Shown here one piece after another: positions 9,073-17,589 of a stretch of 29,852 bases of DNA; within the stretch, counting starts at the first letter, position 1, and every line of letters begins with the position of its first letter. The position numbers and the translations under genes are program-made. The DNA lies in contig DATDOR010000159.1 of NCBI GenBank assembly GCA_035293165.1, forward strand, positions 1-29,852, written 5' to 3'. This DNA is from Anaerolineales bacterium. Its GTDB lineage: Bacteria; Chloroflexota; Anaerolineae; Anaerolineales; JABWBV01. The notes under the pieces were generated by a model that made no database searches, had not been told where the DNA came from, and saw nothing but the letters and a program-made list of their open reading frames with translations.

Positions 9073-9183
9073 ATGTCTATTTATCCTGGTTCTGAACAAC
9101 AACCCCCATCTTATTATGCCCCACCCAATAGTACAATGGCAGTTGTCAGCCTCATTTCGGGCATTTTGGGCTGGTCGGACTAA
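9073..9183 (+). pseudogene. Truncated DUF4190-like membrane protein (36 aa remnant)
   Basis: MSIYPGSEQQPPSYYAPPNSTMAVVSLISGILGWSD*: Pro/Tyr-rich leader plus first TM motif (A..SL..GILG); stop codon supplied by the repeat remnant starting at 9177. Confidence 0.6.
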
Positions 9184-9213
9184 TCCCCTTCCCCTTCCCA
9201 GCTAAGTAGTTAC
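9177..9213. repeat. Half copy of the GTAACTRCTCAG inverted-repeat family
   Basis: ggactaatccccttccccttcccagctaagtagttac matches 11430-11460 (gggctaatccccttcccagttgagtagttac) with one extra cttccc. Confidence 0.75.
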
Positions 9214-9243
9214 ATTCAAAATTTATTATCCGAGGAGAATAGC

Positions 9244-9402
9244 ATGAACGATCAATCTTTTGGTGAGCAGCCAAAAAACAACCGCAACATGATTATTATT
9301 GGTGTTGTTGTCGCAGTTTTGTTATGTTGTTGCTGCGTTACCGTGTTAGGCGCCTGGTATTATGGAGACCAGATTCTCCAGGCTCTTGGTATAACCTTCT
9401 AA
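9244..9402 (+). CDS. Small single-pass membrane protein (52 aa) with a CCCC motif; absent from the ORF track
   Basis: GAGGAG RBS at 9232-9237; MNDQSFGEQPKNNRNMIIIGVVVAVLLCCCCVTVLGAWYYGDQILQALGITF*. Confidence 0.7.
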   Translation: MNDQSFGEQPKNNRNMIIIGVVVAVLLCCCCVTVLGAWYYGDQILQALGITF

Positions 9403-9465
9403 TCCAGCCATTGTAAAATCCTACAACTGAATAGCCGGTTCCCTGATTGGGTGAACCGACATTTT

Positions 9466-10980
9466 TTATGGACTGACCCAAAACGCGCCGATTCCAAAAA
9501 CCCCCTCCCCTACCAACTGCGGCGCAAAATCGGGGGAGTGAGCGACATACAAGCCTTCCTGAGCAACAAAAAATAATGTCTCGCTTTCGGGACTCCATAC
9601 CGGTAGGGAAGCGGAGGACGAAAAAATATGTACGGGCGGCCCATCCAGCGCCCCCACCCACACGCCCGAAGGCAACGCCCATGCGAGGCGCTCACCCCAT
9701 CGAGATGCAGAGGGGAGAACGGGTGCAGGAGCCTCTAACTGGATGATGGAAAACACATCGAGGCTATCCTGCCGGAAGGCGTAAACATTTTCTGTTGTAC
9801 GGGCAAAGAATAATTGGCTTACCTGATCCCATACAGGTAAAAAAACTTCCTCGCTCAAAAGTACAAGCGGGGCAGGATAATCTGGTCCAAACAAGAGAAA
9901 TAACCCTGGCCCCACGCTTCCCTGACAGTGAGCAGAATACTGATCCACGGAAATCAACAAGGCTCCATTCCCCAACTCAGGTACAAAAGCTACGCCATTG
10001 AACGCCCCTTCCCAGATCATGTGTGTTTCTCCACTGGGTATGTCTACTGATAGGAGGCGTTCGTTTCCACACACGGGCGACCAGGAATGAACGAGAAAGG
10101 TATCCTCATCCTGCCAGCCGATAAACGTTTCTGCGGCACTCTCTTCGGGAGTATATAATTCCAACACGGCGCCTGTTTCCGTATCTACGGCCCACACACC
10201 AGCCATATCATACCCTGCGCCTGTTCCAAGCGTATTCACCCCGGCATGCAAAATATACCGCCCATCTGGTGACCAGGAAGGAGAAATCGCCTGGCTGGGA
10301 CCATCTGTCCAGCGGGTAATACCTGATTCTACCTGTTCTGGGTTCACGCCCCAAAAATTAACCATTGAAAAGGTGTACAAATCCGAACTCGGTCCTTCCC
10401 GCATCCCCATAAAAGCCAGTTGGCTGCCACCGGAGGACCAGGCGAAACTGGTTCGTTCAACGACGGCGCGCGCCGCTTCCATTTCGGGATCACCAGGGGA
10501 AGAATCTTCCAGGGGTTCATATTCTGGAGCAGTGAGTGGGATGGTCAGGGCAAGGGCACGTGGGAGCGTGAGGAGGTTCAGCGTCAGGTTACGCAGACGG
10601 GAATCCCCGGTGATAAACGCGGCGAATCCCCCTGCCGGGGCAGGCATAACCGAAGCATCCTGCGGGGCGAGGATGTGCCCATCATACACTTTTGTTAACC
10701 CTGTTCCATTCGGGCGAATCGTCCAAAGTGAGTCAGGAGTGATGATCACTAACCAGGGTCCGGTTGCGTCAGGAGAATCAGTCTGAGCCCCGGCAGGAGT
10801 GGGTGAACTGTCTACGGGCGGAGTCTGGGTGAGAGTGGGAGCCGTTGTTGATGATGGAACGGGTAGAGGCGTCTCCGTTAAGAGTAGGGAAACTTCCCCG
10901 GCCGGCGTGGGAAAAGAGGCGCATCCCGTGCTGGCGAAAAGAACGAGGATTGGGAGAAGAAAGCGCAACGGGTGGTTCAT
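9466..10980 (-). CDS. Putative lipoprotein with Pro/Thr linker and TolB-like (PD40) beta-propeller
   Basis: Signal peptide ending ...FASTGC, PT-rich stretch, FAWSSGGSQLAF, PSWSPDGRYILH, PVWSPESETLFF. Confidence 0.75.
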   Translation of the reverse strand: MNHPLRFLLPILVLFASTGCASFPTPAGEVSLLLTETPLPVPSSTTAPTLTQTPPVDSSPTPAGAQTDSPDATGPWLVIITPDSLWTIRPNGTGLTKVYDGHILAPQDASVMPAPAGGFAAFITGDSRLRNLTLNLLTLPRALALTIPLTAPEYEPLEDSSPGDPEMEAARAVVERTSFAWSSGGSQLAFMGMREGPSSDLYTFSMVNFWGVNPEQVESGITRWTDGPSQAISPSWSPDGRYILHAGVNTLGTGAGYDMAGVWAVDTETGAVLELYTPEESAAETFIGWQDEDTFLVHSWSPVCGNERLLSVDIPSGETHMIWEGAFNGVAFVPELGNGALLISVDQYSAHCQGSVGPGLFLLFGPDYPAPLVLLSEEVFLPVWDQVSQLFFARTTENVYAFRQDSLDVFSIIQLEAPAPVLPSASRWGERLAWALPSGVWVGALDGPPVHIFSSSASLPVWSPESETLFFVAQEGLYVAHSPDFAPQLVGEGVFGIGAFWVSP

Positions 10981-11075
10981 TGTTCGTGGGGGATGAGCGA
11001 GATGACAGTTCCGCGAGAGGCGGCAGCAATATTCGTGTCCGGGCGCTGGGCAATGATCCGTCGAATGGCTGCTCC

Positions 11076-11315
11076 TTACGATGCTATCCCTGGTTTATAA
11101 GTATGTGACCACCCTGCTCCGTCGCAGATTTTGCAGCGATCTTGCGTTTTTTCGTCGTAGCCGCGTCCCTCACACCAGGGGCATTTCTTAGCTGGCTGTG
11201 CGGCGAGCACGCTGCCATTTCCACGGCAAACGTGGCAAACCTGGTTGAGGTATTTCCCGGTGCCTTCGCACCAGGCACATTCTTCAGGCGCAAATTGGAT
11301 GAAGGGCGTAACCAT
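11076..11315 (-). CDS. Stand-alone DnaJ-type zinc-finger protein (79 aa)
   Basis: Four CxxCxGxG repeats: CAWCEGTG, CHVCRGNG, CPWCEGRG, CKICDGAG. GGAGG RBS before ATG 11315. No J domain. Confidence 0.82.
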   Translation of the reverse strand: MVTPFIQFAPEECAWCEGTGKYLNQVCHVCRGNGSVLAAQPAKKCPWCEGRGYDEKTQDRCKICDGAGWSHTYKPGIAS

Positions 11316-11354
11316 GAAATCCTCCAATGAGTTGAATTATGAAGCGTAGAGGTA

Positions 11355-11363
11355 ATCATAGCA
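11355..11363 (-). promoter_or_regulatory. Extended -10 element for the zinc-finger gene
   Basis: Minus strand TG-c-TATGAT, about 40 nt upstream of the start codon. Confidence 0.5.
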
Positions 11364-11404
11364 CAATCCCCCCTTTTATCGCCAGTTGATCAGGTAACTT
11401 TATT

Positions 11405-11460
11405 GTAACTGCTCAAGCTAAGAAAGAAAGGGCTAATCCCCTTCCCAGTTGAGTAGTTAC
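11405..11460. repeat. Complete 56-bp inverted-repeat element (GTAACTRCTCAG family)
   Basis: GTAACTGCTCAA (11405-11416)...TTGAGTAGTTAC (11449-11460), 11/12 inverted match. The cyclase TAA stop (11457-11459) lies within the terminal repeat. Confidence 0.8.
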
Positions 11461-14400
11461 TCTTTGTTCATGATCTCCGCGTGAACCCGGATATTTTCCA
11501 GATAAGAATGCCATAGCGCATCGTCTTGGATGCGATTGCCGATTTTTTGTAACAAGACGCGGGCGGTTTCAAGCACCATCCTCGCGCGGGGATCATTCGC
11601 CGAAGATAACACTTGATAACACGTCCAATAGACCTGAAAAGGATGTTTTGTGCCAAATAGCCGGTGTTCGCTGGCATCTTGTGGATTTGCCCATGCCGGT
11701 TCAAGATGCTGGATGACGGGAGCGATTTTTTCAAGTGCCAGAGAATGTTTTCCTTGCACCATCAACAAATGCGCTTGTGCGGTGTAGGTTTCCATCAACA
11801 CGTTTGTCGCTGCGTTTTCTTTGAAGATGTGTTCCGCTTGCGCGAGGGCTTCGTCCGCTTTCTGATATTGCCTCTGGCATGTATAAGCCTGTCCGGCAAC
11901 CAGCCATGCTGCACCCTCTGTGGGAGGATCACGCCATTTTTGGACGTGGGCAATGGCGGCCTCGGCTTGTTGTAACGCCGTTTCCAGTTTTTCTTCACGC
12001 AAGGCTAAATAACCGCTGTTGAGGTAAATATGTCCAATGCCGCGATGGTCGTTGATTTCTGTGTAAATGGACAGCGCGCGGTCATAATAACCTTTTGCAG
12101 TATTGTATTGCCCCAGGCTGGTTGCGATCTGACCGAGATGGTTTTGTGCATGTCCCTGTCCATGCCGGTCACCGGTTTCCAGCACGAGAGAGAAAACGCG
12201 TTGAAACGTCTCAATCGCCAAAGGATAATCCCCACGGCTGGCGGCGAACCCGCCCAAATTGGCGAGCGTGTTCCCCTCGCCTTGCCGGTCCCCTGCTTTT
12301 TGATAGACCTCAATCGCTTCCTGGTAATGTGCTTTCGCCTGGTGGTAATTTCCTCGATCTTGCTCCAGAATTCCCAGGTTATTGATGCAAGCCGCTTCAC
12401 CCCGCATATCACGGCTTTCTGGCGCGCGGCAAATGTTCAAGGAGCGCCGGTAACGATTTTCGGCAGCCTCCAGGTTCCGTAAGAACCAAAACACCACGCC
12501 CAGGTTACGCCAGATTTCTCCAACCAGTTTGTGATCCGTGAAGTCCTTCGCCCGCGTTAATTCCAAGGCCCTCTCCAACTGATCTTTGGACTCATCGTAG
12601 TGGCCCTGCAACCACAGGGTATGCCCCAGGCGAACGTAGGCGGATGCTTCCAGGTTGGGATGGCGACCTTCGACGAGCGCAATACATTGTCTGGCAGCTT
12701 TGACGGTTTGGGGGTAGTCGTTGATCGCCCGGTAGTAGTAGGCAAACTGGAGGGCAGCTTCTGCCTGGGACAAGGGATCGTCTAACCCTTGGGCGAGGTC
12801 TTGCAGCGTTTGGCAGGCTGTTTTTTGGGAGTCGCGTTTGCCTTCCAGGTCGTAAATTTTCTCCATCGCCAAGGTAAGGCGGAAGCGTGTGGCAAGATCG
12901 CCTGCTGGAGCTAAAGTCATCGCGCGGGAGTAGTAATCCAGGGCGCGCGCATTTTGGTAGTCATAAGCCGCGGCGTCTCCGGCCTTTTCGATATAGAGAA
13001 GCGCTTTTACGGGAAATCCGGCCTGTTCGTAATGATAGGCCAATTCCCCAAAATGTGCGCTGATCCCGGCGGATTGCAATTTTTCCAGACTCTCAGCCGC
13101 GAGTGTGTGCAGTTCTCGGCGTCGAGAGAGCAATTGCATGTTGTAGGCCGTATCACGGAGCAACGCGTGCCTGAACAAGTATTGCAGTTGGTTGAGTGCA
13201 GACCAGATCGCCGCCTGAGATGCCTGATCCACTTTTCGCATCAGGTCGTGGTCTTCTTGCAGCATTTGGGCCAGAACAAGGATTTCGAATTCCCGACCTA
13301 AAACAGACGCAGTTTGAACGACCGTTTTCACTTCCTGCGTCAGGCTGTCGAGGCGGGCAGTGAGAATGGCGCGCACGTCTACGGGCAGGAATTCGGTCTC
13401 GATTTCGTCAGACAGAGAGAGGCCGGTTTCGGTTTCGATCAGCAGGTCGTTTTCTTCGAGGTAGAGCAGTATTTGTTCGGCGAAAAAGGGGTTGCCCTCT
13501 GCGCGGTCATAAAGGAAGTCAATCAGCGCGGGGGTGGCGGGCTGGTGGAGAGTTTCCTCCGCGAGTTGAACCAGCCCTGGCCGTGTCAGCGGTGACAGGG
13601 TTAATGTCTGGCGAGGTCCCGCGCTATTCTTGAGCACGTCCCCGCGCGCGCGGGTAGTGATGAGCATCCCGATGGGGTAGGTTTCAATGTTCCGGGTCAG
13701 ATATTCGAAGAACAACTGGCTATCTTCATCCAGCCATTGGGCGTCCTCGACAAAAACTACCAGAGGCTGGCGCAGACTTTCCGCTTTTAGGAGGGCTTTC
13801 AAACCCAGTAGGGTGTTTTGGAAGCGTCCTTGCGGGTCTAGTTGTTCATAATGTGAGCCAGGCCACCGCAGGCCGATGAGCGCGCCAAGACAAGAATAAG
13901 TCAGGCTGAGTTCGCTTTGTAATTGCAAATCGCCCCTATCAATCAGGGCGCGGAGTTGGGTCATGAAGTGTGTCTGGTTGGTGGATGCACTGGGTGCATT
14001 ACTCGTTTGCTGAAAATACTGGCGTAGGAAAGAGCGAATGGGGGCAAAGGAAGTGTTTTGCGTTTGATCAGACTGAAACGTGAAGAACCGGCAGCCTGGC
14101 AAGCGCTTTTGCAGGGTGTGAACGAGGCGGCTCTTCCCGATGCCCACTTCCCCCTCGATGACAGTGGTTCCAGAAAAACGGCCTTCGAAAATCGGTTGCA
14201 AATACCCGGCGAGTTCTCCAAGTTCACCTTCGCGCCCGACCAATTCGCCCTCGTAAAAGACTTCTTTCGGCTTTTGACGATGGCTCAAGCGGAAAACGGG
14301 AAGTTCATTGCCAAATCCTTTGAATTGCAGATGGCCTACCCATTCCAATTCGCACGATGGGGGGGCGCGACGGGCAACTTGCTCATCCACCCAAACTTCG

Positions 14401-15530
14401 CCCCACGGTGCAGAGGCCATACACCGGGCCGCCAGATTGACCCCGCGCCCGTAACAGGCGTAATTGGTTTGAATTGCCGCGCCAATAAAGCCCGTATACA
14501 TGAACTGATAGGTCATTCCGCCACGAATAGGAAAGGGTAAAGCTGCCTGCAAGGCCAGGGAAAAATACATCGCTCGCTCCAGGTCGTTTTCGTAGCTGGT
14601 AGGGGTGCCCCAGTAGAGTAGGATATGGCAGCCTTTATCGCCAAACAGGACGCCATTTAAATAACCGCCGTATTGAGCTTGCAATACAAAGACCTTTTGC
14701 AGGGTGTTGTCCAGCCGCCCGGCAAGATGGCTTTCTGGCAGGTTGATCATGAGCGAGACAACCTGGCGAAACTCGCCTCGAACCGTCTGGTTGCGGATCG
14801 CGGATGGGATAAGCTGCGCGATGATTTCCGGGGTGATAGGGAAGGACTCCGTTGAAGGGGGAGGGGGTGCATCTTTCCGCGAAGGTTTCGTGGGGAATTT
14901 GAGGGCACGGATGCGGAAAAAATAGGGAGACCCAATTGTCTCAATCGTCACCGTTGCCCGAAGGATCTGCAACACTTTCGTGCTGATAATAATTTCTCCG
15001 GGCCGGGCCATGTTTTCGGCAATGGTGCTATCTTCGATGGCCGAACCATGAAAATAGTATGCAGCTACACGTTCGTGATCCCCCTTTTCGTCTGGCAATA
15101 CAATCCCCCACTCGACTTCTCCAAAGGCGATCCCCAGCTTGATCTCAAACCGGAAAGTTGCGAATGGTGTGGTCTGTTCAGGGTTTGCGAGCATGTGTCT
15201 ACGAATGCCCGACGCGGCGTTCACAGCATTCTGGCAAACCTGGAAGTGTTCTCCCGGAAACAGCGCGTAGAACGCATCCCCTGCAAACCCGGTGACAAAA
15301 CCGCCAAACGCGTAGATTTGTTCGATCAAGGGATCAAAAACAGCCTGAATCGTATCGGCCAGCACTTCGGCCCCAGCCGCGCCCCTTTCAAGCAGCGTTT
15401 CCGTTAATGCTGTAAAACCGGAAATATCAACGAACAAACTGGCAGCATCAAAATTCCCGTGCAATTCGTTTTCTGCCAGTTTGTCCAGGATAAATCGAGG
15501 AACAAGCGTCTGTGACCAATGTTCTTGCAC
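11457..15530 (-). CDS. Class III nucleotidyl cyclase (tandem domains, sAC-like) - STAND/AAA ATPase - TPR protein
   Basis: FVDISGFTALTE and FAGDA (metal Asp), second domain GDKG and VNLAAR, Walker A GEVGIGKS, Walker B VFVEDAQW, GNPFF, then many TPR-like helices. GTG start. Confidence 0.9.
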   Translation of the reverse strand: MQEHWSQTLVPRFILDKLAENELHGNFDAASLFVDISGFTALTETLLERGAAGAEVLADTIQAVFDPLIEQIYAFGGFVTGFAGDAFYALFPGEHFQVCQNAVNAASGIRRHMLANPEQTTPFATFRFEIKLGIAFGEVEWGIVLPDEKGDHERVAAYYFHGSAIEDSTIAENMARPGEIIISTKVLQILRATVTIETIGSPYFFRIRALKFPTKPSRKDAPPPPSTESFPITPEIIAQLIPSAIRNQTVRGEFRQVVSLMINLPESHLAGRLDNTLQKVFVLQAQYGGYLNGVLFGDKGCHILLYWGTPTSYENDLERAMYFSLALQAALPFPIRGGMTYQFMYTGFIGAAIQTNYACYGRGVNLAARCMASAPWGEVWVDEQVARRAPPSCELEWVGHLQFKGFGNELPVFRLSHRQKPKEVFYEGELVGREGELGELAGYLQPIFEGRFSGTTVIEGEVGIGKSRLVHTLQKRLPGCRFFTFQSDQTQNTSFAPIRSFLRQYFQQTSNAPSASTNQTHFMTQLRALIDRGDLQLQSELSLTYSCLGALIGLRWPGSHYEQLDPQGRFQNTLLGLKALLKAESLRQPLVVFVEDAQWLDEDSQLFFEYLTRNIETYPIGMLITTRARGDVLKNSAGPRQTLTLSPLTRPGLVQLAEETLHQPATPALIDFLYDRAEGNPFFAEQILLYLEENDLLIETETGLSLSDEIETEFLPVDVRAILTARLDSLTQEVKTVVQTASVLGREFEILVLAQMLQEDHDLMRKVDQASQAAIWSALNQLQYLFRHALLRDTAYNMQLLSRRRELHTLAAESLEKLQSAGISAHFGELAYHYEQAGFPVKALLYIEKAGDAAAYDYQNARALDYYSRAMTLAPAGDLATRFRLTLAMEKIYDLEGKRDSQKTACQTLQDLAQGLDDPLSQAEAALQFAYYYRAINDYPQTVKAARQCIALVEGRHPNLEASAYVRLGHTLWLQGHYDESKDQLERALELTRAKDFTDHKLVGEIWRNLGVVFWFLRNLEAAENRYRRSLNICRAPESRDMRGEAACINNLGILEQDRGNYHQAKAHYQEAIEVYQKAGDRQGEGNTLANLGGFAASRGDYPLAIETFQRVFSLVLETGDRHGQGHAQNHLGQIATSLGQYNTAKGYYDRALSIYTEINDHRGIGHIYLNSGYLALREEKLETALQQAEAAIAHVQKWRDPPTEGAAWLVAGQAYTCQRQYQKADEALAQAEHIFKENAATNVLMETYTAQAHLLMVQGKHSLALEKIAPVIQHLEPAWANPQDASEHRLFGTKHPFQVYWTCYQVLSSANDPRARMVLETARVLLQKIGNRIQDDALWHSYLENIRVHAEIMNKE

Positions 15531-15536
15531 CCTGGT

Positions 15537-15542
15537 AGTATA
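15537..15542 (-). promoter_or_regulatory. -10 box placed for a leaderless cyclase transcript
   Basis: Minus-strand TATACT, 6 nt, then GTG at 15530; no SD sequence. Confidence 0.5.
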
Positions 15543-15549
15543 TCGAAAT

Positions 15550-15879
15550 TTATGTGGGTTTGGGATTGTTATTACTTAATAGCAACGGAAATAAACAGGT
15601 GCGGTAACTTCTCAGCCCAGAGTTGAAATAACCCGAAAAAAGGTGTGCTTGGGGGTGCACACCCCCAAGCGCACTGATGACGGCGTCCGCGCCCGCGATG
15701 GCCTCCACCACTTTCCCAACCTCGGTGATTTCGCCCTGCACCACGTGCAGGTTTTCGTGCTTATACCTCAATTTTGCAGGGTTGCGAACGTACGCAGTCA
15801 CATTATGCCCTGCATCCAGCGCCTGCTCGACGAGATACCGGCCGGTTCGTCCAGTCGCGCCAAAAATCGTAAGTTTCAT
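15550..15879 (-). pseudogene. Truncated NAD(P)H-binding protein (flavin reductase / BVR-B-like SDR)
   Basis: IFGATGRTG Rossmann motif through ADAVISALG (native part about 15664-15879); the remaining ORF is translated repeat and intergenic DNA. Confidence 0.8.
15604..15674. repeat. Partial composite element: GTAACTTCTCAG end plus most of the CCCGAAAAAAGG...GGGGG hairpin
   Basis: Same layout as 29720-29831: terminal repeat at 15604-15615, then cccgaaaaaaggtgtgcttgggggtgcacacccccaagc; the right part is missing. Confidence 0.72.
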
Positions 15880-15903
15880 AATCGTTTCTCTTTTACAAAA
15901 GCA

Positions 15904-16329
15904 TCAAGGACAATCATTTAAATCTTTCAGCCCTTGCAAGGTCTCAGCGCTTTCGGAATCTTTGATGTAATCAAAATCATTGATAGCTATTGTCAGTCCA
16001 TCACACCAGGCTTTGTTCGGCCCGGTCTGTTCCAGAGCACTTGTCAGCCCGTTGTAGCCGTCCGAATAACTATCCAGCAAATTCCGCAGACGGCTCACCT
16101 GGTCTTGGGTAAGTTCCCATTCAGTTTTGGTCGGGGCAGGCGTTCTTGTCGCCGTTGGTTCTATGGCAGGTGTTTCCGACGGCAACTCGACAGGGGATTC
16201 AGTGACCTGAGTTGTTGGTTCGGCAGTGGGTGCGGGAGGGGGAGGTGTCAAAGTTGGAGGTGGAACAGACGTGGCTGGAACACATGCCGCCAGGAAACAT
16301 AGAATCAGAATGATCCATCGCTTCATCAT
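15904..16329 (-). CDS. Hypothetical lipoprotein with Pro/Thr-rich linker
   Basis: MKRWIILILCFLAAC lipobox; PT-rich segment; AGGAG RBS overlapping the upstream stop. Confidence 0.75.
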   Translation of the reverse strand: MMKRWIILILCFLAACVPATSVPPPTLTPPPPAPTAEPTTQVTESPVELPSETPAIEPTATRTPAPTKTEWELTQDQVSRLRNLLDSYSDGYNGLTSALEQTGPNKAWCDGLTIAINDFDYIKDSESAETLQGLKDLNDCP

Positions 16330-16332
16330 AAA

Positions 16333-17445
16333 CTACTCCTTGTTGAATTTCGATACATCCTCCTCCGTGAATACCTGAATTGAACCCGGTTCCAACTGCA
16401 ACCGGACGGAATCTCCTTCCCGCGGCAATTGTACCCCCGCAGAAAAATCAAACACCAACGCAATCCCATTTATTGTCATCCCCAAGCGCTGAACGCTTCC
16501 CCGAAAAGAAATTTCCCCGGCAACTCCCTCCAACTGAAAAGTCTCCTGTTCCCTTGTCAAACGAACCCTGTCCGGGCGGATCAACACCGTAACCTCTTCT
16601 TCCTCAAACCGGGGAGGGTCGCTGTTTACCAAAAATTCACCCACCCCCGTCATGATCCGCCACCCCTGTCCCGAACTTTGCACCGTCCCCTCCAAAAGAT
16701 TCCCAAACCCTAAAAACCGCGCCACGAACGGACTTGCCGGATTCTGGTAAATTTCTTGCGGCGCCCCGATTTGCTCTACCTGCCTCGCTCGCATTACGAC
16801 CACTCGATCCGCAATCGCAAACGCCTCCTCCTGATCGTGCGTCACATAAATCACCGTCTGCTCAAGCTGGCGCAGAATCCCGCGCACCTCCACCATCAAA
16901 CGCTCTCGCAGCCCCCGGTCCAGCGCGCCCAACGGCTCATCCAGCATCAACAACCGCGGCTTCGGAGCCAGTGACCGCGCCAGCGCCACCCGCTGTTGCT
17001 CCCCGCCTGAGAGGGTAGAAACGTCGCGTTTCTCGAAACCTGGCAAGCCGACGAGATGCAGGAGTTTCTCTACCTCCTCCCCCCTCTCCCAATGAGAGAG
17101 GGGAGCGAAGCGCTGCTTCGCTTGGGGGTGAGGGAGAAACCGCAACCCAAACGCCACATTTTCCCCCACATTCATATGCGGGAACAACATGTAATCCTGA
17201 AACATCAACCCAAACCTGCGTTTGTGTGTCGGCATTCCGGCAAGCGAATGGCCCTCCCAAAGAATCTCCCCTCCGTCCGGCGCCTCCAACCCGGCGATCA
17301 GGTTCAACAGCGTGGACTTCCCGCACCCACTCGGCCCCAACAACGCGACAATTTCTCCCCGCGCGACATCAAACGAAACGCCATCCAGCGCGCGGGTTTC
17401 GCCAAATGATTTTTGAACATTCCGTAAAGAAAGAACTGGATTCAT
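16333..17445 (-). CDS. ABC transporter ATP-binding subunit (PotA/ThiQ/FbpC-like, C-terminal TOBE region)
   Basis: Walker A GPSGCGKS, Q-loop FQDY.LFPHM.V.ENVAFGL, LSGGEQQRVALAR, LLMLDEP, VTHDQEEA. No permease or binding-protein gene is adjacent. Confidence 0.9.
   Translation of the reverse strand: MNPVLSLRNVQKSFGETRALDGVSFDVARGEIVALLGPSGCGKSTLLNLIAGLEAPDGGEILWEGHSLAGMPTHKRRFGLMFQDYMLFPHMNVGENVAFGLRFLPHPQAKQRFAPLSHWERGEEVEKLLHLVGLPGFEKRDVSTLSGGEQQRVALARSLAPKPRLLMLDEPLGALDRGLRERLMVEVRGILRQLEQTVIYVTHDQEEAFAIADRVVVMRARQVEQIGAPQEIYQNPASPFVARFLGFGNLLEGTVQSSGQGWRIMTGVGEFLVNSDPPRFEEEEVTVLIRPDRVRLTREQETFQLEGVAGEISFRGSVQRLGMTINGIALVFDFSAGVQLPREGDSVRLQLEPGSIQVFTEEDVSKFNKE
17077..17136 (-). repeat. GC-rich palindromic repeat lying in frame inside the ABC ATPase gene
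   Basis: Minus strand ctccctcacccccaagcgaagcagcgcttcgctcccctctctcattgggagaggggggag; hairpins agcgaagc/gcttcgct and cccctctc/gagagggg; translates as LPHPQAKQRFAPLSHWERGE. Confidence 0.7.
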
Positions 17446-17468
17446 GTCACAAAACCAAACAGCTAATC

Positions 17469-17483
17469 GTCATAAGTTATGAC
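17469..17483. promoter_or_regulatory. Perfect palindrome, possible operator
   Basis: GTCATAA-G-TTATGAC in the divergent gap, just downstream of a minus-strand TATAAT (about 17493-17498). Confidence 0.35.
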
Positions 17484-17589
17484 CGTGATTATAACGACAA
17501 TCTCCAATCCTTCGGCTTCTCTCAGGACAAGTCTCTAATCTCAAATCAACAAATCAGCGATTTCAAATACACAATCAAAGGAGTTTAAA

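Noticed and set aside
8766-9095. 109-aa plus-strand ORF
   Set aside because: Runs through the hairpin, the MITE and a promoter; it is translated repeat and regulatory DNA.
11457-15530. Cyclase-STAND-TPR as an anti-phage (Avs- or Pycsar-like) system
   Set aside because: No adjacent effector or defence genes; this architecture is a known signalling family in Chloroflexota.
15550-15663. C-terminal 37 aa of the 109-aa ORF as a real domain
   Set aside because: Encoded by repeat and intergenic sequence after the breakpoint.
16590-16625. Second possible repeat-derived insert in the ABC ATPase (DPPRFEEE)
   Set aside because: Only a weak ccctcccc...gaggaag resemblance in a naturally variable linker.
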